From Eledone cirrhosa (taxonomy: Eukaryota), in contig OZ024765.1 of assembly GCA_964016885.1 (NCBI GenBank), forward strand, positions 1,798,001-1,862,000: 64,000 bases of DNA. The letters are read 5' to 3'. The first letter of the stretch is position 1, and the number at the start of each line of letters is the position of its first letter. The position numbers were made by a program, and so were the translations under genes. The notes under the pieces were generated by a model. That model made no database searches. It was not told where the DNA came from and saw only the letters and a program-made list of their open reading frames with translations. This document shows positions 12,127 through 24,476 of this stretch, in pieces.

Positions 12127-12207
12127 TTCCCCTGTCCCCGGACCTGCAAGTCAAGGATCGGCCTCCACAGCCACCTTCGTGCTCACGGCAGACGGGAACA
12201 ACAATAA
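12127..12207 (+). pseudogene. RTE ORF C-terminal Cys/His motif remnant
   Basis: Translates FPCPRTCKSRIGLHSHLRAHGRREQQ*. Confidence 0.75.
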
Positions 12208-12862
12208 AGATGTCATCAACGTTTACAATGGACAACCAAGAAGAAGAGAAGACTGTATGTAGGGGAACTTAGCAACACTGTACTGTGGGTAGGGGACCTT
12301 AGCAACACTGTACTGTGGGTAGGAGGCCTTAGCAACACTGTACTGTATGTAGGGACCTTAGCAACACTGTACTGTATATAGGGGACCTTAGCAACACTGT
12401 ACTGTGTATAGGGGACCTTAGCAACACTACTGTGGATAGGGGATCTTAGCAACACTGTACTGTGGGTAGGGGGCCTTAGCAACACTGTACTGTATGTAGG
12501 GACCTTAGCAACACTTTACTGTATATAGGGGATCTTAGCAACACTACTGTGGATAGGGGATCTTAGTAACACTACTGTGGATAGGGGATCTTAGCAACAC
12601 TGTACTGTGTGTAGGAGACCTTAGCAACACTGTACTGTGGATAGGGGACCTTAGCAACACTGTACAGTATATATAGTGGGGTATATGTAGGGTATGTCAG
12701 CCACCCTGTACAGTATATGTGTAGTGGGGTATGTCAACCACCCTGCACCAGCCACAATGGCTACCCACCAAGTAGTTAGTTAAAACTTTGTTCATCTTTG
12801 CACCGATATCTTGGTTGGAAAATTGGTTTCAGTTTCATTATTATTATTATTATTATTATTAA

Positions 12863-13394
12863 GGCGGTGGATTGGCAGTATCGGTAGAGGGTCGGACACC
12901 GTGCTTTCCAGTACAGAGTTACGGCCCTTTACGTTCTGAGTTCAAATCCCGTCGAGGTTAACTTTGCCTTTCATCCTTACGGGGTCGATAAAATAAAGTA
13001 CCAGTAATGTACTGGGGTAATTGCTGGCCTTGTGCCTAAAGTAGAAACAATTATTACAGGGTTGATACAGTAAAGTACCAGCAATGCACTGGGGTTGGTT
13101 TATAGACTTTCCTTTCCCCCAAAAAAATTGCAGGCCTTGTGCCCATAGTAGAAATTATTATTATTATTATTAGTATTGGTAGAGGGTTGGACACCATGTT
13201 TTACAGCATAGAGTTACGGCCCTTTACGTTCTGATTTCAAATCCTGCCGAGGTTAACTTTGCCTTTCGTCCTTACGGGGGTTGTTAAAATAAAGTACCAG
13301 TAATGTACTGGGGTCGATTTAACCGACTTTCCCCCCCACCCTCAAAATTGCTGGCCTTGTGCCTATATAAGAAACCATTATTATTATTATTATT

Positions 13395-13426
<32 letters not shown>

Positions 13427-14140
13427 ATTTATTTGTGGGGATTTAAAAAAAAATTGTTTTAAATTAATTTATTTTAAAAAAAAACGAAATTTAAAACAAT
13501 TCACAGGGATAATAATAATAATAATATTAATGTCCTGGGGTCGATTTGATCAGCTTTCCTCTCCCCCCAAATTGCTGGCCCCTCTTGTCTAATTAGTAGA
13601 AACAATTATTATTATTTATAGGGTTGCTAAAATAAAGTACCAGTAATACATTGAGGTCAATTTGATAGTCTTTCCCATTCCCCCAAAATAGTTGGCCTGG
13701 TGCCTAGATAAAATAAAGTGACACCAGTAATACACTGGTGTCACTTTAACCAACTTTCCCTTCCTCCATCTCCCTTCAAAATTGCTGGCCTTGTGCCAAA
13801 TATAGAAACAGGGTTGCTAAAATATAGTACCAGTAATAAACTGGGATAATTGCTGGCCTTGTGCCAAATATAGAAACAATTATTGCGGGGTCGATAAAAT
13901 AAAGTACCAGTAATACACTGCGATAATTGCTGGCCTTGTGCTAAATATAGAAACAGGGTTACTAAAATATAGTACCAGTAATACACTGGGTTATTGCTGG
14001 CCTTGTGCCAAAAGTAGAAACAATTAATATTTACAGAGTCGATAAAATGAAGTAAAATAAAGTCAGTTTAAGCAACTTTCCCCCTCCCTATCTCTTCAGA
14101 ATTGCTGGCCTTGTGCCCCAAGCCCCAGTAGAAACAATTT
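12863..14140 (+). mobile_element. SINE cluster: two near-full copies plus ~8 tandem 3'-end fragments
   Basis: Full head at 12863, second copy ~13175-13395, then repeated aaataaagtaccagtaa...aattgctggccttgtgcc...tagaaaca modules. Confidence 0.88.
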
Positions 14141-14432
14141 TGTTTTGTTGTTTTTGTTGTTGTTTTACTTTGTTATTAAACTTCCTCACCCCGTTAAGGG
14201 TATTTCGTCCACGAGGTGGGTGATCTTATCTTCATATATTTACCAATAAAACAACAAACCTCTTTTGACAAACAAGGAGCCCTTTTTATAACATTTTTTA
14301 AAGAAATAAATGGATCAGACTTGAAAGCTTTGTTTTGTCTTGTTTATTTATTATTTTTATTATTGTTATTAATCTGTAGAGCGTCGGACACTATGCTTTG
14401 TGGCATAGAGCTACGGCCTTTTGACTATTTTG

Positions 14433-16243
14433 CCTAGCATCACACCTTCATAAGCTGACCAAGATACTCTCATGGAATGACCAAATGAGGTTTATTTTTC
14501 AACATGCAAGATTTCACAGCTCTAGCATCACTCCTTCATAGGCTGACCAAGATACTCTCATGGAATGACCAAATGAGGTTTATTTTTCAACATGCAAGAT
14601 TTCACAGTTCTAGCATCACTCATTCATAGGCTGACCAAGATAGTCTCATGGAGTGACCAAATGAGGTTTATTTTTCAACATGCAAGATTTCACAGCTCTA
14701 GCATCACTCATTCATAGGCTGATCAAGATACTCTCATGGAATGACCAAATGAGGCTTATTTTTCACCATGCAAGATTTCACAGCTCTAGCATCACTCCTT
14801 CATAGGCTGACCAAGATACTCTCATGGAATGACCAAATGAGGTTTATTTTTCAACAGGCAAGATTTCACAGCTCTAGCATCACACCTTCATAGGCTGACC
14901 AAGATACTCTCATGGAATGACCAAATGAGGTTTATTTTTCAACATGCAAGATTTCACAGCTCTAGCATCACTTCTTCATAGGCTGACCAAGGTACTCTCA
15001 TGGAATGACCAAATGAGGTTTATTTTTCAACACGCAAGATTTCACAGCTCTAGCATCACACCTTCATAGGCTGACCAAGATACTCTCATTGAATGACCAA
15101 ATGAGGTTTATTTTTCAACAGGCAAGATTTCACAGCTCTAGCATCACACCTTCATAGGCTGACCAAGATACTCTCATGGAATGACCAAATGAGGTTTATT
15201 TTTCAACATGCAAGATTTCACAGCTCTAGCATCACTCCTTCATAGGCTGCCCAAGATACTCTCATGGAATGACCAAATGAGGTTTATTTTTCAACATGCA
15301 AGATTTCACAGCTCTAGCATCACTCCTTCATAGGCTGCCCAAGATACTCTCATGGAATGACCAAATGAGGTTTATTTTTCAACATGCAAGATTTCACAGC
15401 CCTAGCATCACTCCTTCATAGGCTGACCAAGATACTCTCATGGAATGACCAAATGAGGTTTATTTTTCAACATGCAAGATTTCACAGCTCTAGCATCACT
15501 CCTTCATAGGCTGCCCAAGATACTCTCATGGAATGACCAAATGAGGTTTATTTTTCAACATGCAAGATTTCACAGCTCTAGCGTCACTCCTTCATAGGCT
15601 GACCAAGATACTCTCATGGAATGACCAAATGAGGCTTATTTTTCACCATGCAAGATTTCACAGCTCTAGCATCACTCCTTCATAGGCTGCCCAAGATACT
15701 CTCATGGAATGACCAAATGAGGTTTATTTTTCAACATGCAAGATTTCACAGCTCTAGCATCACTCCTTCATAGGCTGCCCAAGATACTCTCATGGAATGA
15801 CCAAATGAGGTTTATTTTTCAACATGCAAGATTTCACAGCCCTAGCATCACTCCTTCATAGGCTGACCAAGATACTCTCATGGAATGACCAAATGAGGTT
15901 TATTTTTCAACATGCAAGATTTCACAGCTCTAGCATCACTCCTTCATAGGCTGCCCAAGATACTCTCATGGAATGACCAAATGAGGTTTATTTTTCAACA
16001 TGCAAGATTTCACAGCTCTAGCATCACTCCTTCATAGGCTGCCCAAGATACTCTCATGGAATGACCAAATGAGGTTTATTTTTCAACATGCAAGATTTCA
16101 CAGCCCTAGCATCACTCCTTCATAGGCGGATCAAGATACTCTCATGGAATGACCAAATGAGGTTTATTTTTCAACATGCAAGATTTCACAGCCCTAGCAT
16201 CACTCCTTCATAGTGAGCCTATGAACTTTTAAGCCTACCTTCG
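14433..16243 (+). repeat. 88-bp satellite array (~20 copies) ending in a mariner-type TIR
   Basis: aagatact at 14461, 14549, 14637; ends gagcctatgaacttttaagcctaccttcg|TA. Confidence 0.95.
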
Positions 16244-16790
16244 TATATGTAAACAATGTATTTATTTAATATACAAATAATTACTATTGCTACAGTTAAA
16301 GAAATTCGAAATCATTTTTGCACCCATTTTTGCGATTAAGTAAAGACGGAGTTATCGTTCTTGAGATTTCGGCTCGGAGAAATTTAAGGAACTGATGTCG
16401 CTAAATCGCCAAATCATTTACCTGCCCCGTTGCATCATGGGAGGGTAATGGCTGCCTTTTATTTTTTAAACCGCAGTTTCTTCCTCGCCAAAATGTTTTA
16501 ATTATTTACTTATATAAAACAAGGAACAAGATGCTGCGAAAGAAACTAAAGAATCTGCCATCGTTTAAAAAATAAAAGGCAGCCATTACACTCCCATGGT
16601 GCAACGGGGCAGGTAAATGATTTGGCGATTTAGCGACATCAGTTCCTCAAATTTCTCCGAGCCGAAATCTCAAGAACGATAACTCCGTCTTTACTTAATC
16701 GCAAAAATGGGTGCAAAAATGATTTCGAATTTCTTTAACTGTAGCAATAGTAATTATTTGTATATTAAATAAATACATTGTTTACATATA
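16244..16790. repeat. Palindrome 1: 228-bp inverted arms with 91-bp spacer
   Basis: 16244-16471 is the reverse complement of 16563-16790 apart from 3 substitutions. Confidence 0.95.
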
Positions 16791-18143
16791 CGAAGGTAGG
16801 CTTAAAAGTTCATAGGCTCACTATGAAGGAGTGATGCTAGGGCTGTGAAATCTTGCATGTTGAATAATAAACCTCATTTGGTCATTCCATGAGAGTATCC
16901 TGGTCAGCCTATGAAGGAGTGATGCTAGGGCTGTGAAATCTTGCATGTTGAAAAATAAACCTCATTTGGTCATTCCATGAGAGTATCTTGGTCAGCCTAT
17001 GAAGGAGTGACGCTAGAGCTGTGAAATCTTGCATGTTGAAAAATAAACCTCATTTGGTCATTCCATGAGAGTATCTTGGTCAGCCTATGAAGGAGTGATG
17101 CTAGGGCTGTGAAATCTTGCATGTTGAAAAATAAACCTCATTTGGTCATTCCATGAGAGTATCTTGGTCAGCCTATGAAGGAGTGATGCTAGGGCTGTGA
17201 AATCTTGCATGTTTAAAAATAAACCTCATTTGGTCATTCCATGAGAGTATCTTGGTCAGACTATGAATGAGTGATGCTAGAGCTGTGAAATCTTGCATGT
17301 TGAAAAATAAACCTCATTTGGTCATTCCATGAGAGTATCCTGGTCAGCCTATGAAGGAGTGATGCTAGAGCTGTGAAATCTTGCATGTTGAAAAATAAAC
17401 CTCATTTGGTCATTCCATGAGAGTATCCTGGTCAGCCTATGAAGGAGTGATGCTAGGGCTGTGAAATCTTGCATGTTGAAAAATAAACCTCATTTGGTCA
17501 TTCCATGAGAGTATCTTGGTCAGCCTATGAAGGAGTGACGCTAGAGCTGTGAAATCTTGCATGTTGAAAAATAAACCTCATTTGGTCATTCCATGAGAGT
17601 ATCTTGGTCAGCCTATGAAGGAGTGATGCTAGGGCTGTGAAATCTTGCATGTTGAAAAATAAACCTCATTTGGTCATTCCATGAGAGTATCTTGGTCAGC
17701 CTATGAAGGAGTGATGCTAGGGCTGTGAAATCTTGCATGTTTAAAAATAAACCTCATTTGGTCATTCCATGAGAGTATCTTGGTCAGACTATGAATGAGT
17801 GATGCTAGAGCTGTGAAATCTTGCATGTTGAAAAATAAACCTCATTTGGTCATTCCATGAGAGTATCTTGGTCAGCCTATGAAGGAGTGACGCTAGAGCT
17901 GTGAAATCTTGCATGTTGAAAAATAAACCTCATTTGGTCATTCCATGAGAGTATCTTGGTCAGCCTATGAAAGAGTGATGCTAGGGCTGTGAAATCTTGC
18001 ATGTTTAAAAATAAACCTCATTTGGTCATTCCATGAGAGTATCTTGGTCAGACTATGAATGAGTGATGCTAGAGCTGTGAAATCTTGCATGTTGAAAAAT
18101 AAACCTCATTTGGTCATTCCATGAGAGTATCCTGGTCAGCCTA
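16791..18143 (-). repeat. 88-bp satellite array, inverted (~15 copies), starting at a mariner-type TIR
   Basis: TA|cgaaggtaggcttaaaagttcataggc start; truncated at cagccta by a microsatellite. Confidence 0.95.
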
Positions 18144-18205
18144 AACACACACATATATATGCATATGTATATATATATATATGTATATATATGTATCTAT
18201 GTATG

Positions 18206-18254
<49 letters not shown>

Positions 18255-18271
18255 GTATATATATATTTATA

Positions 18272-18324
<53 letters not shown>

Positions 18325-18325
18325 A

Positions 18326-18889
18326 GTGTAATATATGGGTCCCCAATATGTAAACTAAACGACTAACACTGATTTTTCTGAAATCAGTGTTAGTCGTTGA
18401 GTGTAATATATGGGTCCCAATATGTAAACTAAACGACTAACACTGATTTCAGAAAAATCAGTGTTAGTCGATTAGAAAAATTATCAACTTCTGCGACCCT
18501 TTCTACCTGGGACCTTAAAGTATCCCTACAAAATCTCAATTAATGATCTGTATAATTGTGAAAGTTATCAAGAAAGCAACTTAAGAAAGTGAAAGGTAAA
18601 ATTTTACAAAATAGTAAGTTGAATGAGTTGTTTCCCTAGATGAAAGACGCAGAGTCTACTAAATGCTAGAAATGGCAGCCACAGAAATACTATAAATAAT
18701 GATAGATTTAGTGGTCAAACAACCCTCAAATATGGCCATATTCAACAGTTTAACCTAGAATATCTCATTAGACTGATGAAAACCCACTTCAGTGGTTAAA
18801 AATACTAGAAATGGCGACTAAATATCCCTCAAATCACAGAGAAGTGACGCTGGAAGTATTAAAAAAAATTCAATGATATATATAATATA
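18326..18889 (+). repeat. ~500-bp spacer module (also 22873-23364; inverted at 62597-63146)
   Basis: Near-identical to 22873-23364; contains a 41-bp hairpin. Confidence 0.9.
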
Positions 18890-20864
18890 CGAGGGTAGGC
18901 TGACCAAGATACACTCATGGAATGACCAAACGAGGTTTATTTTTCAACATGAAAGATTTCACAGCTCTAGCATCACTCCTTCATAGGCTAACCAAGATAC
19001 TCTCATGGAATGACCAAATGAAGTTTATTTTTCAACATGCAAGATTTCACAGCCCTAGCATCACTCCTTCATAGGCTGACCAAGATACTCTCATGGAATG
19101 ACCAAATGAGGTTTATTTTTCAACATGCAAGATTTCACAGCTCTAGCATTACTCCTTCATAGGCTGACCAAGATACTCTCATGGAATGACCAAATGAGGT
19201 TTATTTTTCAACATGCAAGATTTCACAGCTCTAGCATCACTCCTTCATAGGCTGACCAAGATACTCTCATCGAATGACCAAATGAGGTTTATTTTTCAAC
19301 ATGCAAGATTTCACAGCTCTAGCGTCACTCCTTCATAGGCTGACCAAGATACTCTCATGGAATTACCAAATGAGGTTTATTTTTCAACATGCAAGATTTC
19401 ACAGCCCTAGCATCACTCCTTCATAGGCTGCCCAAGATACTCTCATGGAATGACCAAATGAGGTTTATTTTTCAACATGCAAGATTTCACAGCTCTAGCT
19501 TCACTCCTTCATAGGCTGCCCAAGATACTCTCATGGAATGACCAAATGAGGTTTATTTTTCAACATGCAAGATTTCACAGCTCTAGCATCACTCCTTCAT
19601 AGGCTGCCCAAGATACTCTCATGGAATGACCAAATGAGGTTTATTTTTCAACATGCAAGATTTCACAGCTCTAGCATCACTCCTTCATAGGCTGACCAAG
19701 ATACTCTCATGGAATGACCAAATGAGGTTTATTTTTCAACATGCAAGATTTCACAGCTCTAGCATCACTCCTTCATAGGCTGCCCAAGATACTCTCATGG
19801 AATGACCACATGAGGTTTATTTTTCAACATGCAAGATTTCACAGCTCTAGCATCACTCCTTCATAGGCTGACCAAGATACTCTCATGGAATTACCAAATG
19901 AGGTTTATTTTTCAACATGCAAGATTTCACAGCTCTAGCATCACTCCTTCATAGGCTGCCCAAGATACTCTCATGGAATGACCAAATGAGGTTTATTTTT
20001 CAACATGCAAGATTTCACAGCTCTAGCATCACTCCTTCATAGGCTGCCCAAGATACTCTCATGGAATGACCAAATGAGGTTTATTTTTCAACATGCAAGA
20101 TTTCACAGCTCTACCATCACTCCTTCATAGGCTGACCAAGATACTCTCATGGAATGACCAAATGAGGTTTATTTTTCAACATGCAAGATTTCACAGCTCT
20201 AGCATCACTCCTTCATAGGCTGCCCAAGATACTCTCATGGAATGACCAAATGAGGTTTATTTTTCAACGTGCAAGATTTCACAGCTCTAGCATCACTCCT
20301 TCATAGGCTGCCCAAGATACTCTCATGGAATGACCAAATGAGGTTTATTTTTCAACATGCAAGATTTCACAGCTCTAGCATCACTCCTTCATAGGCTGAC
20401 CAAGATACTCTCATGGAATTACCAAATGAGGTTTATTTTTCAACATGCAAGATTTCACAGCTCTAGCATCACTCCTTCATAGGCTGACCAAGATACTCTC
20501 ATGGAATGACCAAATGAGGTTTATTTTTCAACATGCAAGATTTCACAGCTCTAGCATTACTCCTTCGTAGGCTGACCAAGATACTCTCATGGAATGACCA
20601 AATGAGGTTTATTTTTCAACATGCAAGATTTCACAGCCCTAGCATCACTCCTTCATAGGCTGACCAAGATACTCTCATGGAATTACCAAATGAGGTTTAT
20701 TTTTCAACATGCAAGATTTCACAGCCCTAGCATCACTCCTTCATAGGCTGACCAAGATACTCTCATGGAATTACCAAATGAGGTTTATTATTCAACATGC
20801 AAGATTTCACAGCCCTAGCATCACTCCTTCATAGTGAGCCTATGAACTTTTAAGCCTACCTTCG
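18890..20864 (+). mobile_element. Mariner-type MITE expanded by ~22 internal 88-bp units
   Basis: TA|CGAGGGTAGGCTG ... AAGCCTACCTTCG|TA termini with TA flanks. Confidence 0.8.
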
Positions 20865-21412
20865 TATATGTAAACAATGTATTTATTTAATATACAAATA
20901 ATTACTATGGCTACAGTTAAAGAAATTCGAAATCATTTTTGCACCCATTTTTGCGATTAAGTAAAGACGGAGTTATCGTTCTTGAGATTTCGGCTCGGAG
21001 AAATTTAAGGAACTGATGTCGCTAAATCGCCAAATCATTTACCTGCCCCGTTGCATCATGGGAGGGTAATGGCTGCCTTTTATTTTTTCATACCACGGCA
21101 AACTTTTTAGTTTCTTTCTCGCCATCTTGTTCCTAGTTTTATATAAGTAAATAATTAAAACATTTTGGCGAGGAAGAAACTGCGGTTTAAAAAATAAAAG
21201 GCAGCCATTACCCTCCCATGATGCAACGGGGCAGGTAAATGATTTGGCGATTTAGCGACATCAGTTCCTTAAATTTCTCCGAGCCGAAATCTCAAGAACG
21301 ATAACTCCGTCTTGACTTAATCGCAAAAATGGGTGCAAAAATGATTTCGAATTTCTTTAACTGTAGCAATAGTAATTATTTGTATATTAAATAAATACAT
21401 TGTTTACATATA
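20865..21412. repeat. Palindrome 2: ~224-bp arms with 100-bp spacer
   Basis: 20865-21088 is the reverse complement of 21189-21412. Confidence 0.95.
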
Positions 21413-22589
21413 CGAAGGTAGGCTTAAAAGTTCATAGGCTCACTATGAAGGAGTGATGCTAGGGCTGTGAAATCTTGCATGTTGAATAATAAACCTTATT
21501 TGGTCATTCCATGAGAGTATCCTGGTCAGCCTATGAAGGAGTGATGCTAGGGCTGTGAAATCTTGCATGTTGAAAAATAAACCTCATTTGGTCATTCCAT
21601 TAGAGTATCTTGGTCAGCCTATGAAGGAGTGATGCTAGGGCTGTGAAATCTTGCATGTTGAAAAATAAACCTCATTTGGTCATTCCATGAGAGTATCCTG
21701 GTCAGCCTATGAAGGAGTGATGCTAGGGCTGTGAAATCTTGCATGTTGAAAAATAAACCTCATTTGGTCATTCCATGAGAGTATCTTGGTCAGCCTATGA
21801 AGGAGTGATGCTAGGGCTGTGAAATCTTGCATGTTGAAAAATAAACCTCATTTGGTCATTCCATGAGAGTATCCTGGTCAGCCTATGAAGGAGTGATGCT
21901 AGGGCTGTGAAATCTTGCATGTTGAAAAATAAACCTCATTTGGTCATTCCATGAGAGTATCTTGGTCAGCCTATGAAGGAGTGACGCTAGAGCTGTGAAA
22001 TCTTGCATGTTGAAAAATAAACCTCATTTGGTCATTCCATGAGAGTATCTTGGTCAGACTATGAATGAGTGATGCTAGAGCTGTGAAATCTTGCATGTTG
22101 AAAAATAAACCTCATTTGGTCATTCCATGAGAGTATCTTGGTCAGCCTATGAAGGAGTGACGCTAGAGCTGTGAAATCTTGCATGTTGAAAAATAAACCT
22201 CATTTGGTCATTCCATGAGAGTATCTTGGTCAGCCTATGAAGAAGTGATGCTAGGGCTGTGAAATCTTGCATGTTGAAAAATAAACCTCATTTGGTCATT
22301 CCATGAGAGTATCTTGGTCAGCCTATGAAGGAGTGACGCTAGAGCTGTGAAATCTTGCATGTTGAAAAATAAACCTCATTTGGTCATTCCATGAGAGTAT
22401 CTTGGTCACCCTATGAAAGAGTGATGCTAGGGCTGTGAAATCTTGCATGTTGAAAAATAAACCTCAGTTGGTAATTCCATGAGAGTATCTTGGTCAGACT
22501 ATGAATGAGTGATGCTAGAGCTGTGAAATCTTGCATGTTGAAAAATAAACCTCATTTGGTCATTCCATGAGAGTATCCTGGTCAGCCTA
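21413..22589 (-). repeat. 88-bp satellite array, inverted (~13 copies)
   Basis: Same structure as 16791-18143. Confidence 0.95.
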
Positions 22590-22703
22590 AACACACACAT
22601 ATATATGCATATGTATGTACATATATATATATGTATATATATGTATCTATGTATGTATGTATATATATATATATATATATTTATATGTATCTATGTATGT
22701 ATG

Positions 22704-22734
<31 letters not shown>

Positions 22735-22829
22735 GTATATATATATTTATATATATATATATATATATGTGTATATATATATATATATACATACACATAT
22801 ATATATATATGTAAATGTATATATATACG

Positions 22830-22873
<44 letters not shown>

Positions 22874-23364
22874 AGTGTAATATATGGGTCCCAATATGTA
22901 AACTAAACGACTAACACTGATTTCAGAAAAATCAGTGTTAGTCGATTAGAAAAATTATCAACTTCTGTGACCCTTTCTACCTGGGACCTTAAAGTATCCC
23001 TACAAAATCTCAATTAATTATCTGTATAATTGTGAAGGTTATCAAGAAAGCAACTTAAGAAAGTGAAAGGTAAAATTTTACAAAATAGTAAGTTGAATGA
23101 GTTGTTTCCCTTAGATGAAAGACGCAGAGTCTACTAAATGCTAGAAATGGCAGCCACAGAAATACTATAAATAATGATAGATTTAGTGGTCAAACAACCC
23201 TCAAATATGGCCATATTCAACAGTTTAACCTAGAATATCTCATTAGACTGATGAAAACCCTCTTCAGTGGTTAAAAATACTAGAAATGGCGACTAAATAT
23301 CCCTCAAATCACAGAGAAGTGACGCTGGAAGTATTAAAAAAAATTCAATGATATATATAATATA

Positions 23365-23579
23365 CGAGGGTAGGCTGACCAAGATACACTCATGGAATGA
23401 CCAAACGAGGTTTATTTTTCAACATGAAAGATTTCACAGCTCTAGCATCACTCCTTCATAGGCTGACCAAGATACTCTCATGGAATGACCAAATGAGGTT
23501 TATTTTTCAACATGCAAGATTTCACAGCCCTAGCATCACTCCTTCATAGTGAGCCTATGAACTTTTAAGCCTACCTTCG
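23365..23579 (+). mobile_element. Mariner-type MITE with only 2 internal units (215 bp)
   Basis: TA|CGAGGGTAGGCTG ... GCCTACCTTCG|TA. Confidence 0.8.
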
Positions 23580-23992
23580 TATATGTAAACAATGTATTTA
23601 TTTAATATACAAATAATTACTATTGCTACAGTTAAAAAATGTACAAAAAAATACTTTAAATTCAGTTTTTAATTCATGCAATAGTGTCAATAGTTAAAGA
23701 AATTCGAAATCGTTTTTGCACCCATTTTTGCGATTAAGTAAAGACGGAGTTATCGTTCTTGAGATTTCGGCTCGGAGAAATTTGAGGAACTGATGTCGCT
23801 AAATCGCCAAATCATTTACCTGCCCCGTTGCACCATGGGAGTGTAATGGCTGCCTTTTATTTTTTAAACGATGGCATATTTTTATACTTGGGGAGGGTCA
23901 TATTGTTGTATTAATATTGCCAGAAATAATAACAGAACACACTCACTGTTTGATTGGTTTTCGCTTTTGTATCTTTTATATCTCCAGATACA

Positions 23993-24021
23993 GTATATAT
24001 ATGTATATATATTATATTATA

Positions 24022-24062
<41 letters not shown>

Positions 24063-24431
24063 ATATATACCATGTTTATACTATATATAGGTATGTATAT
24101 ATACTATGTATATATTCTATATATATACTATATATATGTATATACTATATATATATATATATATATGTATATACTATATATATATATATACACACACTAT
24201 ATATATATATATATATATGTACTATATATATTTATATATATAGTACATATATATACTATATATATACACAATATATATATACTACGTAAATATATAGATG
24301 CGGATATATACTATATATAGTATGTACATATATATATATACACACACACTATATGTATATATATAGTATAGCATATATATATAGTATATATAGTATATAT
24401 ATATATATATACATACACGCACGCACATACA

Positions 24432-24473
<42 letters not shown>
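23993..24473. repeat. Degenerate (TA)n tract (mirrored at 60517-61090)
   Basis: Shared interruptions such as ccatatataccatgttta / taaacatggtatatatgg. Confidence 0.9.

Positions 24474-24476
<3 letters not shown>

Larger units (their letters stand above)
11372..12252 (+). mobile_element. Internally deleted RTE-clade non-LTR retrotransposon (5' UTR joined to 3' end)
   Basis: GC-rich structured 5' UTR; C-terminal remnant FPCPRTCKSRIGLHSHLRAH typical of RTE ORF ends; short 3' UTR and (AAG)n tail; no EN/RT coding region. Confidence 0.8.
11270..12670 (+). repeat. ~30-bp minisatellite (tactgtgggtaggggaccttagcaacactg) interrupted by an RTE insertion
   Basis: Units at 11270-11350 and 12253-12670 on either side of the retroelement. 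Confidence 0.9.

Noticed and set aside
18770-18815. ctgatga followed by a short hairpin in the spacer module
   Set aside because: Followed by AAAA rather than GAAA, with no stem I/III
14433-23579. CRISPR-like regular repeats
   Set aside because: Head-to-tail units with no unique spacers, no cas genes, eukaryotic context
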